A DNA stretch of 64,000 nt from a virus (Duplodnaviria > Caudoviricetes). Under the pieces are notes generated by a model. The model saw nothing but the letters and a program-made list of their open reading frames with translations. It was not told the DNA's origin and ran no database searches. The position numbers were made by a program, and so were the translations under genes. Position 1 is the first letter of the stretch. Each line of letters starts with the position of its first letter. Of this stretch, positions 28,190-37,317 are shown piece after piece. The DNA lies in IMG/VR virus record IMGVR_UViG_3300025840_004398, one strand, 5' to 3'.

Positions 28190-30778
28190 ATGTCAACATT
28201 TCCAAATCTATCATATATTAATGGAGATATTGTAGACACGATAAACAGTAGAAAAAATAATGTTTATGCTTCTACTCTTATGCCTTGGATTCGTTTATCC
28301 ACCGCAATTGGATTTAATGATGGTAAGGGTGGACTGATAATAGAAAGTTTACCTTTCAAAAAAGAAAAAGATAAAGAAACAGGACAAGATAAGACTTTTT
28401 CAACTGATAGATTATCCGCAAGATATGGAACTGATAAATCAGGAAGGATAGGAACTGACTTTAAAGGTAATTCTATTTATACGGATGGTGAAACCAGAGT
28501 AGGTAGACCACAACCAATTATATCCGCACTATCTATAAAAAATGGACAAGAGGGGCTAAGTAAGCATGCTGAGTTTGTTATAACTTGTCATACACTTGAA
28601 CAATTAAATTTCATAACAAAGAGATTTTTAGAACCAGGATTTATGGTTCTTGTAGAATTTGGATGGAATACTTCATTGGCTATATCACAAAAAGTTGATT
28701 TACGAAACAATCCAATATGTGAGATGTCTAAATATAATTCCTATGATTATTTACAAAGTAAAAAAAATAAATCAAAAGGTACTTATGATGCATTTTTGGG
28801 ATATATTACAGGTGGGGATATAAAAAGTGGTGATGGTGATGTTTATCAAGTTAGTGTTAAATTAACTACAATTGGTGAATTACCATCTTATTACCAAAGA
28901 CACATAGCCACAAATTCACCAAATGAGAAAAACACAGAAACAGGTAAACCATATCCTGAATTCAGTATAAATAAGGATTTGGAAGAGGCTAAGGATATAG
29001 GTAGAAATTTATTCAAAATCATGTATAATGATTTACCTAAATCAAAACAAACTGATATAGTAAAATCACTTGCTGATGTTTCTGATGTGATGGGTAATAA
29101 ATTTAGTAATCCTGTCAATTTTTTAAACTTTGATAAAGAGATTCAAGAAACACTTGCTAAAGTATATTCCGATTCTGCAAAAATTAAAACAGACCGAGGT
29201 AGTGATGAGTCATTTGAAATGCCAGAGGGGGCAGAGTTGGTAGATAGCGAAAGATTTATTAGATTAGAACTTGCTTTTGCAATATTAAATACAACAGACA
29301 AGGTATTAAAACAAGTTGATGTTAGTAGTTGTAAAGGTGTAAGTACTTATAATTTTGAGATAAATACTAATGATTGTATTTGTAGAGCTTTTCCAAATAT
29401 ATTTTCTACTGATAAGAGTATATTATATATACCAAATCCAGCTTTACCAACATTTAATTTAAAAGAAGTTTTAACTTCGGATGAACCTATTGGTAATATT
29501 ATATCAGTAAATGAAAAAGGTTTAGTAAAAAGAACTGTAAATGGTAATTTAGCATCAAAATCTGATTTTAAGGCAACAATGAATAATAGTCCTGATTATA
29601 CATATGGGTTTCCACATCCTAATGACTATAATAGTGGAGTGTTCATTGAAATGAGTAATTATACTAATACTGATGCTGATGATTTTGTTGAAAAAAGTTA
29701 TCCTGCAAAACATTATGGTTGGTTAAGAAACTTATACATTAATTTTGACTTTTTTGTAGATGTAATTGGTAGAGATTCATATACTACACTTGATGTGTAT
29801 TATGAAATATTAAACTCTATATCTTCTGCCGTTAATAATCAATGGGTTTTTGAAATAGTAGAACAAGATAGTCCTATAACTAAATCAAAAGAACTTGCAG
29901 TAAAAGAATTAACTTTTTCAGGAACGGCAAAAAGTCCATATGAAGATGCACCAAAATTTTGGACAAAAGGTAAAAACACTCCATTTATAGAATCAGACTT
30001 AGATGTAACTTTACCTGCAGCACTAAAAAGTTCTATTGTTGGTGCAAGATTAAGTAATGCAATTGGAGAATCAAACGATACTATGATACAAGAAGGTGTA
30101 TCTGTTGTTGATGAAACATTGGGTAGAGGATTATTTTCTCAATTAAGAGACCCATTATTAGAAATGTTAAGTAGTTTTAATCCAACTGATAGTGATGAGG
30201 CTTTACAAAATGCTGCTTCTGAGTATGAACCAACTGAAGAAGAAATAAATGCTGAATATAGAAGAAAATATGGGGCAAAGTATAGGGGTAGTGAAAAACA
30301 ACAAGATTCACGAGAAGTTGCCAGACAATCTTTAATTAATAAAAGAAAAGAGGAAGCAGAAGAAGAAACTAAACAAAAAAACTTTGATTTATTTACACAA
30401 AATGCTGGTGTATATCCAATGCGTATTAACAGAAAAGATATAAATGAAAGTTTTGGAAATTGGTTTACCCAATTATTTAATGACCCATCTTCAAAAAATG
30501 ATTTAGAAGATTATTTATTGATAGGTACATATAATGATGCATCTGCATTTAGAATGGTTTATATGTCAACTGAAAGTAAATCATTAGGTATATTAATGCC
30601 AATTAATTTTACATTTTCGGTACATGGTGTTAGTGGTTTAAGAGTTGGTGATATTTTTGCTTTAAATGATTTACCTGACCCGTTTACAAGTAGTATATTT
30701 CAAATACTTGAAGTTTCTCATGAAATTTCAAATGGACAATGGTTAACAACTGCAAGAGCAGGATTTAGAAACATATAA
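28190..30778 (+). CDS. Baseplate hub protein (gp27/gpD-like)
   Basis: Follows the LysM gene; RFLEPGFMVLVEFGWN, YDAFLGYIT, and C-terminal FSVHGVSGLRVGDIF...FQILEVSHEISNGQWLTT. Confidence 0.6.
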   Translation: MSTFPNLSYINGDIVDTINSRKNNVYASTLMPWIRLSTAIGFNDGKGGLIIESLPFKKEKDKETGQDKTFSTDRLSARYGTDKSGRIGTDFKGNSIYTDGETRVGRPQPIISALSIKNGQEGLSKHAEFVITCHTLEQLNFITKRFLEPGFMVLVEFGWNTSLAISQKVDLRNNPICEMSKYNSYDYLQSKKNKSKGTYDAFLGYITGGDIKSGDGDVYQVSVKLTTIGELPSYYQRHIATNSPNEKNTETGKPYPEFSINKDLEEAKDIGRNLFKIMYNDLPKSKQTDIVKSLADVSDVMGNKFSNPVNFLNFDKEIQETLAKVYSDSAKIKTDRGSDESFEMPEGAELVDSERFIRLELAFAILNTTDKVLKQVDVSSCKGVSTYNFEINTNDCICRAFPNIFSTDKSILYIPNPALPTFNLKEVLTSDEPIGNIISVNEKGLVKRTVNGNLASKSDFKATMNNSPDYTYGFPHPNDYNSGVFIEMSNYTNTDADDFVEKSYPAKHYGWLRNLYINFDFFVDVIGRDSYTTLDVYYEILNSISSAVNNQWVFEIVEQDSPITKSKELAVKELTFSGTAKSPYEDAPKFWTKGKNTPFIESDLDVTLPAALKSSIVGARLSNAIGESNDTMIQEGVSVVDETLGRGLFSQLRDPLLEMLSSFNPTDSDEALQNAASEYEPTEEEINAEYRRKYGAKYRGSEKQQDSREVARQSLINKRKEEAEEETKQKNFDLFTQNAGVYPMRINRKDINESFGNWFTQLFNDPSSKNDLEDYLLIGTYNDASAFRMVYMSTESKSLGILMPINFTFSVHGVSGLRVGDIFALNDLPDPFTSSIFQILEVSHEISNGQWLTTARAGFRNI

Positions 30779-31164
30779 TGGATAATATAGAAAGATATAA
30801 TCAAATAGGAAAATCTTTAAATAATCTAAATAAGATTAAAACCTTTGTGCCTAATCCAAACGAAACTGATTATAAAAAAGGATACATCACTAGATATTTT
30901 ATTAGAAAGTCTAATGATGATAACTCACAGATATATGAAATTTCTTCTAAAAATTATAGTAAATATTCAACGAATCCTTTGTATTCTTCGGTAAAATTAG
31001 ATTGGCGAATATCAGGACCTATAACCGAAACAAAAGATACATTAACTGGATTAATGGATAAGGGTGTAAGGACATCTAATTTAATATCTGTAAAAATTGC
31101 ATCTGAAAAAATAAGTAATATAAAAATGTATCTTCCAAATTTTTTACAATTTCATAAATCATAA
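30778..31164 (+). CDS. Hypothetical protein (tail/baseplate module)
   Basis: 128-aa ORF translationally coupled to the hub gene. Confidence 0.6.
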   Translation: MDNIERYNQIGKSLNNLNKIKTFVPNPNETDYKKGYITRYFIRKSNDDNSQIYEISSKNYSKYSTNPLYSSVKLDWRISGPITETKDTLTGLMDKGVRTSNLISVKIASEKISNIKMYLPNFLQFHKS

Positions 31165-31190
31165 TATATATAGATATAAATTTAGTTTAT

Positions 31191-31958
31191 ATGAAATATC
31201 TTACACAAGAAGAAATCCAACAAATGACCTTTGATTGGAGGTATCGTGGATTTACAACCATTCCATTACTTACAGAAGAAGAATGTGATGAAATAAACGA
31301 AGAAATGGAAAAACTTCGTCAAGAAAGACAATTAACCACCAAAGAAAATGGTGAAGAATGGGGAGAGTGGGACCCATTTATGTATCCACATAAACTTTCT
31401 CAAAAATTAGAAAAACTTTTTGTTCACCCAAAAATTATAGAAGCTTGTGAATTTTTAATGGAAAGTGAAATAGTTGGTATGCAAACTTGGGCATATTTTA
31501 AACCACCTGGTCAATTGGGTAGAGATATGCATCAAAATGCTTTCTATACTGGTTGTGGTCATAATGAAATTATCAATATGGCACTTGCTTTAGATAACCA
31601 TGATAAAGAAAATGGAGCAGTTTGGAATTTAGAAGGTTCTCATAGATTACCAATACTTCCAATAGAAGTAGATGAAGAAAGAACTAAAACGAATCCTAAG
31701 AATTGGAGAAATGAACGAGGTAAGCCTTGTGTATTACCCGAAGGACATGATTTTAGAAAGGTTGAAGGAGATTGTAAAAAAGGTCATATGGTTTTACTTC
31801 ACTCTCATTGTGTACATGGTTCAGAACCAAACAACTCAAATCGTATGAGAAGAAACTTTTTAGGTGGATATCTCAAAAAAGGTGCACATTTCAACCAAGG
31901 TTCACATATGAAACGAGAACCTATTGATGTTTACGAATTACAGAAAAAACATTGGTAA
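31191..31958 (+). CDS. PhyH / phytanoyl-CoA dioxygenase-family 2OG-Fe(II) oxygenase
   Basis: FKPPGQLGRDMHQN...ALDNHDKENGAVWNLEGSHR...GHMVLLHSHCVHGSEPNNSNRMRR. Confidence 0.85.
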   Translation: MKYLTQEEIQQMTFDWRYRGFTTIPLLTEEECDEINEEMEKLRQERQLTTKENGEEWGEWDPFMYPHKLSQKLEKLFVHPKIIEACEFLMESEIVGMQTWAYFKPPGQLGRDMHQNAFYTGCGHNEIINMALALDNHDKENGAVWNLEGSHRLPILPIEVDEERTKTNPKNWRNERGKPCVLPEGHDFRKVEGDCKKGHMVLLHSHCVHGSEPNNSNRMRRNFLGGYLKKGAHFNQGSHMKREPIDVYELQKKHW

Positions 31959-31977
31959 AAAAAAACGAAAAAAACTT

Positions 31978-32018
31978 AAAAAAAGTTGGGATTTTATTTG
32001 GAAGTCTCAACTTTTTTT
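31978..32018 (+). terminator. 14-bp-stem hairpin between the late tail module and the early gene cluster, overlapping a promoter
   Basis: AAAAAAAGTTGGGA (31978-91) pairs with TCTCAACTTTTTTT (32005-18) with one G-U pair. Confidence 0.55.
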
Positions 32019-32028
32019 CGTATATTTA
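31997..32028 (+). promoter_or_regulatory. Bacteroidota-type sigma promoter (-33 TTTG / -7 TATATTTA)
   Basis: 20-bp spacer; 29 bp (32012-32040) identical to 32942-32970. Confidence 0.75.
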
Positions 32029-32075
32029 CTATGTAAATGAGTGATAATAAAGATAAAAATTTAAACCTTAAAGTT

Positions 32076-32699
32076 ATGAGTAAAAAAATCAAATTTCAAT
32101 TCCTTGGTGAGACCTTCGAATTACCTTCAAATTCAGTTCAGTACGATAAGTACAACAACAACGAACCTTACATCTACATGAGAGCTAAGAACGTAGCCTC
32201 AGTAATCAAACAATATGTTAAGAAGAAATATGGAAACAGAATCACAGTCTGGTCTACTTCCTCTGTTTATAGTGGTGGTTCATCAGTTGATGTGAATGTG
32301 TGGAGTAAAAATGGTTCACCTGTTCCTTACGAAATCTTCCAAGATATCAACGCTTTTGGTAACTCTTTGAAAGCTGGTTCTTTTGATGGTATGTACGATA
32401 TCTACAATTACAGAGAAGATAAAGTTTCTACTGAAAGTGGAACTCCCCTAAAATACTTCCCTAACTATGTGTTTGTATCTAACAAACCAAAATGGGATTC
32501 AGTTGAGTATTGGTTATCTGAATGGAAAAACCAAGAAAGACTTGACCAACAAGGTGTTAAAACTTGGGAACAATTCTTAGATGCTAACAGAACTTACTTC
32601 GGTAAAGGTATCGAAGATAGACTTAACAAGTATATGGTTGAGTTGAATAAAGAGTTAAAAAAACTTGGTTATACAGAAAAAGAACTTAAAGCTGCCTAA
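32076..32699 (+). CDS. Hypothetical protein, LPD29 (large polyvalent protein-associated domain)-like
   Basis: VASVIKQYVKKKYG...SVYSGGSSVDV...AGSFDGMYDIYNY. Start placed at ATG 32076 after TTAAACCTTAAAGTT. Confidence 0.5.
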   Translation: MSKKIKFQFLGETFELPSNSVQYDKYNNNEPYIYMRAKNVASVIKQYVKKKYGNRITVWSTSSVYSGGSSVDVNVWSKNGSPVPYEIFQDINAFGNSLKAGSFDGMYDIYNYREDKVSTESGTPLKYFPNYVFVSNKPKWDSVEYWLSEWKNQERLDQQGVKTWEQFLDANRTYFGKGIEDRLNKYMVELNKELKKLGYTEKELKAA

Positions 32700-32700
32700 T

Positions 32701-32919
32701 ATGAAAAACCTACTACAAAGATTAAAACCAGAGATTGTAAAAAATTTATACAATCAACAAAAAGATTATCCTATCTTAGTTGAAGATTTATTAAAAATAT
32801 TATCATCTGAGGTTGCCATCACAAATATGAAATTTGGAGACCTAACTAACTTAGGAAACTTTTGTGAGAAATCACCAAACACAGTTCTTGAGTTTTATGA
32901 AATGTTTGAAAATAATTAG
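32701..32919 (+). CDS. Hypothetical protein
   Basis: ATG at 32701 directly after the upstream stop. Confidence 0.6.
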   Translation: MKNLLQRLKPEIVKNLYNQQKDYPILVEDLLKILSSEVAITNMKFGDLTNLGNFCEKSPNTVLEFYEMFENN

Positions 32920-32926
32920 AAAAAAG

Positions 32927-32958
32927 TTTGGATAATTCAAATTTTTTTCGTATATTTA
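32927..32958 (+). promoter_or_regulatory. Bacteroidota-type sigma promoter (TTTG-N20-TATATTTA)
   Basis: Intergenic, upstream of ORF 32993. Confidence 0.75.
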
Positions 32959-32992
32959 CTATGTAAATGATTAACGATTAAACCTTAAAGAT

Positions 32993-33328
32993 ATGAATTA
33001 TTTAATAGAACCTACCGATTTAGTTTTCCGAGCAAAAGGATACATTGATGGTTTTACCGAAATGATTAAAAACGAAGAAATTCCCCAATGGGATTTATTA
33101 GAAACTGCAACTGAAATTGCAGAAGAATGGACAAACGATTGGGATGAGGACCAAGGTTTCGGTGGTTCTGATGGAACTTATATGTTGAAAGAGTTCATCG
33201 ATACTGTTATTTGGAGTTTTACCAAAGGTGGTAAATATATGACTGATTTTACTCCTTACCTTTCAGTAGTTCCTTACTCAGAGGCAAAACACCACGAAAG
33301 AGTTCAACGAATGGAAAGTGGAATTTAA
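32993..33328 (+). CDS. Hypothetical acidic protein
   Basis: ORF after the promoter with a TTAAACCTTAAAGATATG leader. Confidence 0.65.
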   Translation: MNYLIEPTDLVFRAKGYIDGFTEMIKNEEIPQWDLLETATEIAEEWTNDWDEDQGFGGSDGTYMLKEFIDTVIWSFTKGGKYMTDFTPYLSVVPYSEAKHHERVQRMESGI

Positions 33329-33340
33329 ACCCTAAAAGTT

Positions 33341-33628
33341 ATGAGTTATAAAAGATTTAACAGACACGAATTATTTGATAGTTTTCTAATGGATTGGCAC
33401 TCAACCACCATTAAAAATGTAACTAACTACATTTGGGAAACTCAAAAAGAAGTTCATTCAGAACTTGAAAATATGTTAAATGGTATTTGGGATGGGTATC
33501 TTTATGATAACCTACTTACGAAAGCCCTAATCCTTCCTAAAGAAGATTACAGAAGAATCCAAGATACAGTTGATTTAATCAACGAACATATCGAGGCAAA
33601 TGGTGAAAGTGTAACACAAGTATTTTAA
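33341..33628 (+). CDS. Hypothetical protein
   Basis: TAAACCCTAAAAGTTATG leader; tight packing. Confidence 0.65.
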   Translation: MSYKRFNRHELFDSFLMDWHSTTIKNVTNYIWETQKEVHSELENMLNGIWDGYLYDNLLTKALILPKEDYRRIQDTVDLINEHIEANGESVTQVF

Positions 33629-33638
33629 ACCCTATATT

Positions 33639-33863
33639 ATGAATAAAATTAGTATTAAAACTCTGAAAGAAATTGAAAACCAATTCGGTGAATTTGAAAT
33701 TGGCCAAGTTGGTGGTTCAAAAGATGTATATCTAAGATTTGGTTATTGGAAACAAGTTGATATAACCAAACTACAAGAAGTTTTTGGTTCTGCAATCAAA
33801 GTTGTAGAAGATGAAGATTTCGATGATGATACTGGTTGGAATTATAGTTACAAATTAAAATAG
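33639..33863 (+). CDS. Hypothetical protein
   Basis: TAAACCCTATATTATG leader; tight packing. Confidence 0.65.
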   Translation: MNKISIKTLKEIENQFGEFEIGQVGGSKDVYLRFGYWKQVDITKLQEVFGSAIKVVEDEDFDDDTGWNYSYKLK

Positions 33864-33869
33864 TAGATT

Positions 33870-34097
33870 ATGAAAAAAAATGGCAATAAGTTTCAATATG
33901 AATGTGATTATAAATTGAGTTATAAACAAAGACCTTTTTTATCTCGATTAATAGTTCATGAAAAAGAATATCTAAAAAAACTTGGTTATTATGATGATGT
34001 ATTTAAAATACTCGACCAAGGTGGATATGATGAAAAAGATAAAATTTTGTTAAATAAATTAGAACACCCATCAAAAAAACAATATACAAACCTATAA
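33870..34097 (+). CDS. Hypothetical protein
   Basis: 75-aa ORF in the early cluster. Confidence 0.55.
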   Translation: MKKNGNKFQYECDYKLSYKQRPFLSRLIVHEKEYLKKLGYYDDVFKILDQGGYDEKDKILLNKLEHPSKKQYTNL

Positions 34098-34100
34098 ATT

Positions 34101-34208
34101 ATGAACGAATACTTAATGGAACTAATGTTAGCAAACACCGATTACACAGAAGAAGAAATTGGTGAAATGGATAATTGGGAAATCATGATGTGTTTGGGTT
34201 ATGAATAA
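34101..34208 (+). CDS. Small acidic protein (35 aa), not in the ORF track
   Basis: MNEYLMELMLANTDYTEEEIGEMDNWEIMMCLGYE; fills the gap exactly and overlaps the next start. Confidence 0.55.
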   Translation: MNEYLMELMLANTDYTEEEIGEMDNWEIMMCLGYE

Positions 34209-34458
34209 AATATTAACTTTTATATTTTGTTTGATTTTCCTTTCTTCTTGTACAAAAGATTATTGGGATGATTTTGAATGGGGATTTGACTATTTAAAAA
34301 GAAAAAAAGAAGTAGAAGTAGTAGAAGAATCTCCTTTTGAAAATTTTGGCATTTTACCAGAAAAATTTAAAGAAAATATTGATGGTGTTTTTCCATATGA
34401 AGATGAGGATAGAGATTCTATTTCAATAATAGAAAATGAAAATAATCAAATTAATTAG
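34201..34458 (+). CDS. Putative lipoprotein
   Basis: MNKILTFIFCLIFLSS-C signal peptide II with lipobox LSSC; acidic mature part. Confidence 0.65.
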   Translation: MNKILTFIFCLIFLSSCTKDYWDDFEWGFDYLKRKKEVEVVEESPFENFGILPEKFKENIDGVFPYEDEDRDSISIIENENNQIN

Positions 34459-34486
34459 GAAAATTAAAATAAATTTATTATCTTTG
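34455..34486 (+). promoter_or_regulatory. Bacteroidota-type sigma promoter (TTAG-N20-TATCTTTG)
   Basis: -7 element lies 4 nt before ATG 34491. Confidence 0.65.
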
Positions 34487-34490
34487 TAAA

Positions 34491-34628
34491 ATGACTAAAT
34501 CAGATTTAACACAATTAGATGGAATGTATTATGTAGGACACCTCATCGATATGGATGGGAGTGGGTATGTAGATGAAGAAACTGCAGAACTAATACTTAT
34601 GGAATACAATAATGGTGTATTGGATTAA
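34491..34628 (+). CDS. Small acidic protein (45 aa), not in the ORF track
   Basis: MTKSDLTQLDGMYYVGHLIDMDGSGYVDEETAELILMEYNNGVLD directly after the promoter. Confidence 0.55.
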   Translation: MTKSDLTQLDGMYYVGHLIDMDGSGYVDEETAELILMEYNNGVLD

Positions 34629-35109
34629 AAGAAAGTACAGACAAATAGAACGAACCCTTTCATTCCTTCCTCTCATATGGAAAGGATATGATTGGGATTA
34701 TCATTATGCAATAGATTTGTTTCAACATCAACTGAAACGAACAGAAAAGAATATCAGAAAAAACGGTATTCATGTAGGTAATCAGAATACTGCATCAAGA
34801 ATCAAAACAGCAGTAGATTTAATGGAGAAAGTTTACAATGATGAATATTCAACAGAACATTATGATTTACTACACGAAAAATATGGAAAAAATGAATTCA
34901 TATTTGAAGAAACTGGTGATTTAGATAAAAAAGGAGAACCATATTATAGTGTACGAATTGAATGGGAGAATGCAAGAGATGATAAACATAATGAAGAAAT
35001 AGAAGAAATCAGTAGAAAGATGATGAAAGAATCTCTTAAAAAACAAAAACGAGCTCATAAACTACTTTGGGATTTCATAGAACATAATATACAAAATTGG
35101 TGGGATTAA
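34612..35109 (+). CDS. Hypothetical protein
   Basis: 165-aa helical ORF. Confidence 0.65.
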   Translation: MVYWIKRKYRQIERTLSFLPLIWKGYDWDYHYAIDLFQHQLKRTEKNIRKNGIHVGNQNTASRIKTAVDLMEKVYNDEYSTEHYDLLHEKYGKNEFIFEETGDLDKKGEPYYSVRIEWENARDDKHNEEIEEISRKMMKESLKKQKRAHKLLWDFIEHNIQNWWD

Positions 35110-36378
35110 ATGATAATAGTAGAAACCAATAAAGAGAAAGACCAATTTCTCGAATATTGGAATAATGAGGAATCAACGATTATTCCAATTTGGGAAGATT
35201 TGGAAAGACATCCTATGAATAATAGGTTGTCATTTTTGTATGTCCGATTTTCAAACTTAGATTTCATTCTACCTTTCAATCACAATGATTGCGAATATCT
35301 AACTATTGATTTATCTCTTTCCGAACAAAAGAAATGGATTTGGAACAAAAAAGGTTTTTTACAAACCGATATTCAAATTCAAAACCTTAAAGATGTTCAA
35401 ACGGCTCTTTTCTTTGAAAACCATAAGATATATGATTTTAACTCAAAATTAGAACCTCTAACGAACTTTTATACTCGATTGGGTATAAGAGATGACTTGG
35501 GTAGTTCCCTTCCTATAATGAAGTGGGGTGAACTCCTTCGTGGTATAGTAGATGAATGGAAACTATACGATGTTAATGATTGGGTTAACGATACGATGAT
35601 TCCTCTCCTCTCAGATATCGAACGAAGTGGGATTGGGGTCGATAGGGAAAAATTTCTTGATAGATGGCCTTCTAATCTAAAACACATCAAGCCTCACGAA
35701 CAGGGAGATGTTGTTTATACCGAATACAACCCATATACGATAACTTCAAGACCATCGAATAGACATGGTGGTGTGAACTTTGCAGCCTTAAACAAAAACG
35801 ATGGTTCAAGAAATTGTTTTATACCACCCGAAGATTCTCTATTCTTACAATTCGATTACGATGCATACCATGTTCGTATCATAGCCAAGTTAATCAAGTT
35901 TAAATTACCCGAAGGTTCGGTTCACCAATGGTTAGCAGACCAATATGGTTGTTCGTATGATGAATCTAAAGGAAGAACCTTTAGAATCCTCTATGGTGGT
36001 GTAAATGATGAAGATAGAAAAATTCCATTCTTTGATAAAGTAGATAAGTTTATCAAGAACTTCCAACAAGAATCAATCGAAAGGGGATATCTACAAACCC
36101 CTAAAGGAAGGAAAATTCCTCTTGGGTGGATAGAACAACCCAATGGATTAAAGTTCTTTAATTACTTACTTCAAGCTACTGAAACTGAGTTTAATATTGA
36201 AGTGATGGAAAAGTTAAGAAAAGAACGACTTCCTCTGCCTGTACTGTACACTTATGATTCATTTTTATTTGAATTTGATGATTCTGAGGTAGAAACAATT
36301 AAAAAGGTTAAATCCGTTCTCGAAAGTTTTGGATTCCCTATTAAAGCCGATTGGGGTTCGGATTATTCAAAGGTTTAA
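35110..36378 (+). CDS. Compact family A DNA polymerase
   Basis: Motif A LQFDYDAYHVRII, motif B ESKGRTFRILYG, motif C LYTYDSFLFE; ITSRPSN and DIERSGIGVD PolA elements. Confidence 0.8.
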   Translation: MIIVETNKEKDQFLEYWNNEESTIIPIWEDLERHPMNNRLSFLYVRFSNLDFILPFNHNDCEYLTIDLSLSEQKKWIWNKKGFLQTDIQIQNLKDVQTALFFENHKIYDFNSKLEPLTNFYTRLGIRDDLGSSLPIMKWGELLRGIVDEWKLYDVNDWVNDTMIPLLSDIERSGIGVDREKFLDRWPSNLKHIKPHEQGDVVYTEYNPYTITSRPSNRHGGVNFAALNKNDGSRNCFIPPEDSLFLQFDYDAYHVRIIAKLIKFKLPEGSVHQWLADQYGCSYDESKGRTFRILYGGVNDEDRKIPFFDKVDKFIKNFQQESIERGYLQTPKGRKIPLGWIEQPNGLKFFNYLLQATETEFNIEVMEKLRKERLPLPVLYTYDSFLFEFDDSEVETIKKVKSVLESFGFPIKADWGSDYSKV

Positions 36379-36386
36379 TATTTATA
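36379..36386 (+). promoter_or_regulatory. Putative late-promoter motif TATTTATA
   Basis: Intergenic, upstream of the nuclease gene. Confidence 0.45.
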
Positions 36387-36412
36387 TACTGATACAAATA
36401 TAAGGAAACTAT

Positions 36413-37024
36413 ATGAAATTTATTAAGTTGTTATTTTTACTACTATTAGTAAGTGGTTGTGGTAAAGATGAAATTATTGCACAACAATTAAGAGAAGAAG
36501 TAATTGTAGAAAACCAAGTATTCAAGGTTTGGTATAACGAAGTTTATGAACAACCTATGAAATTAATTTATACATCGACAAATAGACAAAAGGGAGTAGA
36601 TAGAGGTTCAATGAACTTTTATAAAGAAGATGATGTTCATACATCAGATAATGCTGATTATTATAGAAACGTATGGGATAAAGGACATCTTGCTCCAGCT
36701 GCAACCTATTCTGATAATATGGAAAATCTAAAACTAACTTTCTCATACCTAAACTGTGCTCTACAAAACCAATATTTAAATCGTGGTGAGTGGAGATTGT
36801 TGGAAGAAGAAGAGAGAAAATGGGATGATGAATCAAACTTAACTGTAACAGTTGAGTTGGTATTTGATGAAGGACATGAAGTACTTCCAACAGGTGGACA
36901 TATTCCAACAGATATGATTAAACACATCTACTTTGAAAAAACAGGTTCTTATAGATGTTTTGAATTTGAAAACGAAAAACCAACTAAAGGTTGGGAAGAA
37001 CACGAAGTAACACATTCTCATTAA
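36413..37024 (+). CDS. DNA/RNA non-specific endonuclease (NucA/EndA family), lipoprotein
   Basis: WDKGHLAPAA (DRGH-type motif), YLNCALQNQYLNRGEWRLLE, GHIPTDMIK; N-terminal signal II MKFIKLLFLLLLVSG-C. Confidence 0.85.
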   Translation: MKFIKLLFLLLLVSGCGKDEIIAQQLREEVIVENQVFKVWYNEVYEQPMKLIYTSTNRQKGVDRGSMNFYKEDDVHTSDNADYYRNVWDKGHLAPAATYSDNMENLKLTFSYLNCALQNQYLNRGEWRLLEEEERKWDDESNLTVTVELVFDEGHEVLPTGGHIPTDMIKHIYFEKTGSYRCFEFENEKPTKGWEEHEVTHSH

Positions 37025-37032
37025 TACTTATA
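37025..37032 (+). promoter_or_regulatory. Putative late-promoter motif TACTTATA
   Basis: Ends 6 nt before ATG 37039, so the transcript may be leaderless. Confidence 0.35.
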
Positions 37033-37038
37033 GTATAG

Positions 37039-37317
37039 ATGGCTAAGTTATTAACATGGAAAGAATTTTATAATCTCCACAAAGATAAAAAACCTTTGGG
37101 AGATATTATGAGGGAGTATGATTATTATCTATTACAGAATGATACATACAATCCTTTACAAAATCTTACCTATGATTTTTTACTTAACTACTATTTACAG
37201 ACCTTAAAAAATGGTGGAGAAGTTGTAGAAATACCTACTCAGGCATCAGAAGGATTTATACTACAAGAAAACGGAGATTATCTTCTTCAAGAAAATGGAG
37301 ATAGAATTTATTTATAA
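37039..37317 (+). CDS. Hypothetical protein with C-terminal LQENGD repeats
   Basis: Ends ILQENGDYLLQENGDRIYL, a motif typical of phage virion proteins. Confidence 0.6.
   Translation: MAKLLTWKEFYNLHKDKKPLGDIMREYDYYLLQNDTYNPLQNLTYDFLLNYYLQTLKNGGEVVEIPTQASEGFILQENGDYLLQENGDRIYL

Noticed and set aside
19554-31164. Tail operon as a bacterial extracellular contractile injection system (Afp/PVC-like)
   Set aside because: It is contiguous with phage replisome, RNR, RecA and early ORFan clusters, and there are no host housekeeping genes, so a phage genome fits better.
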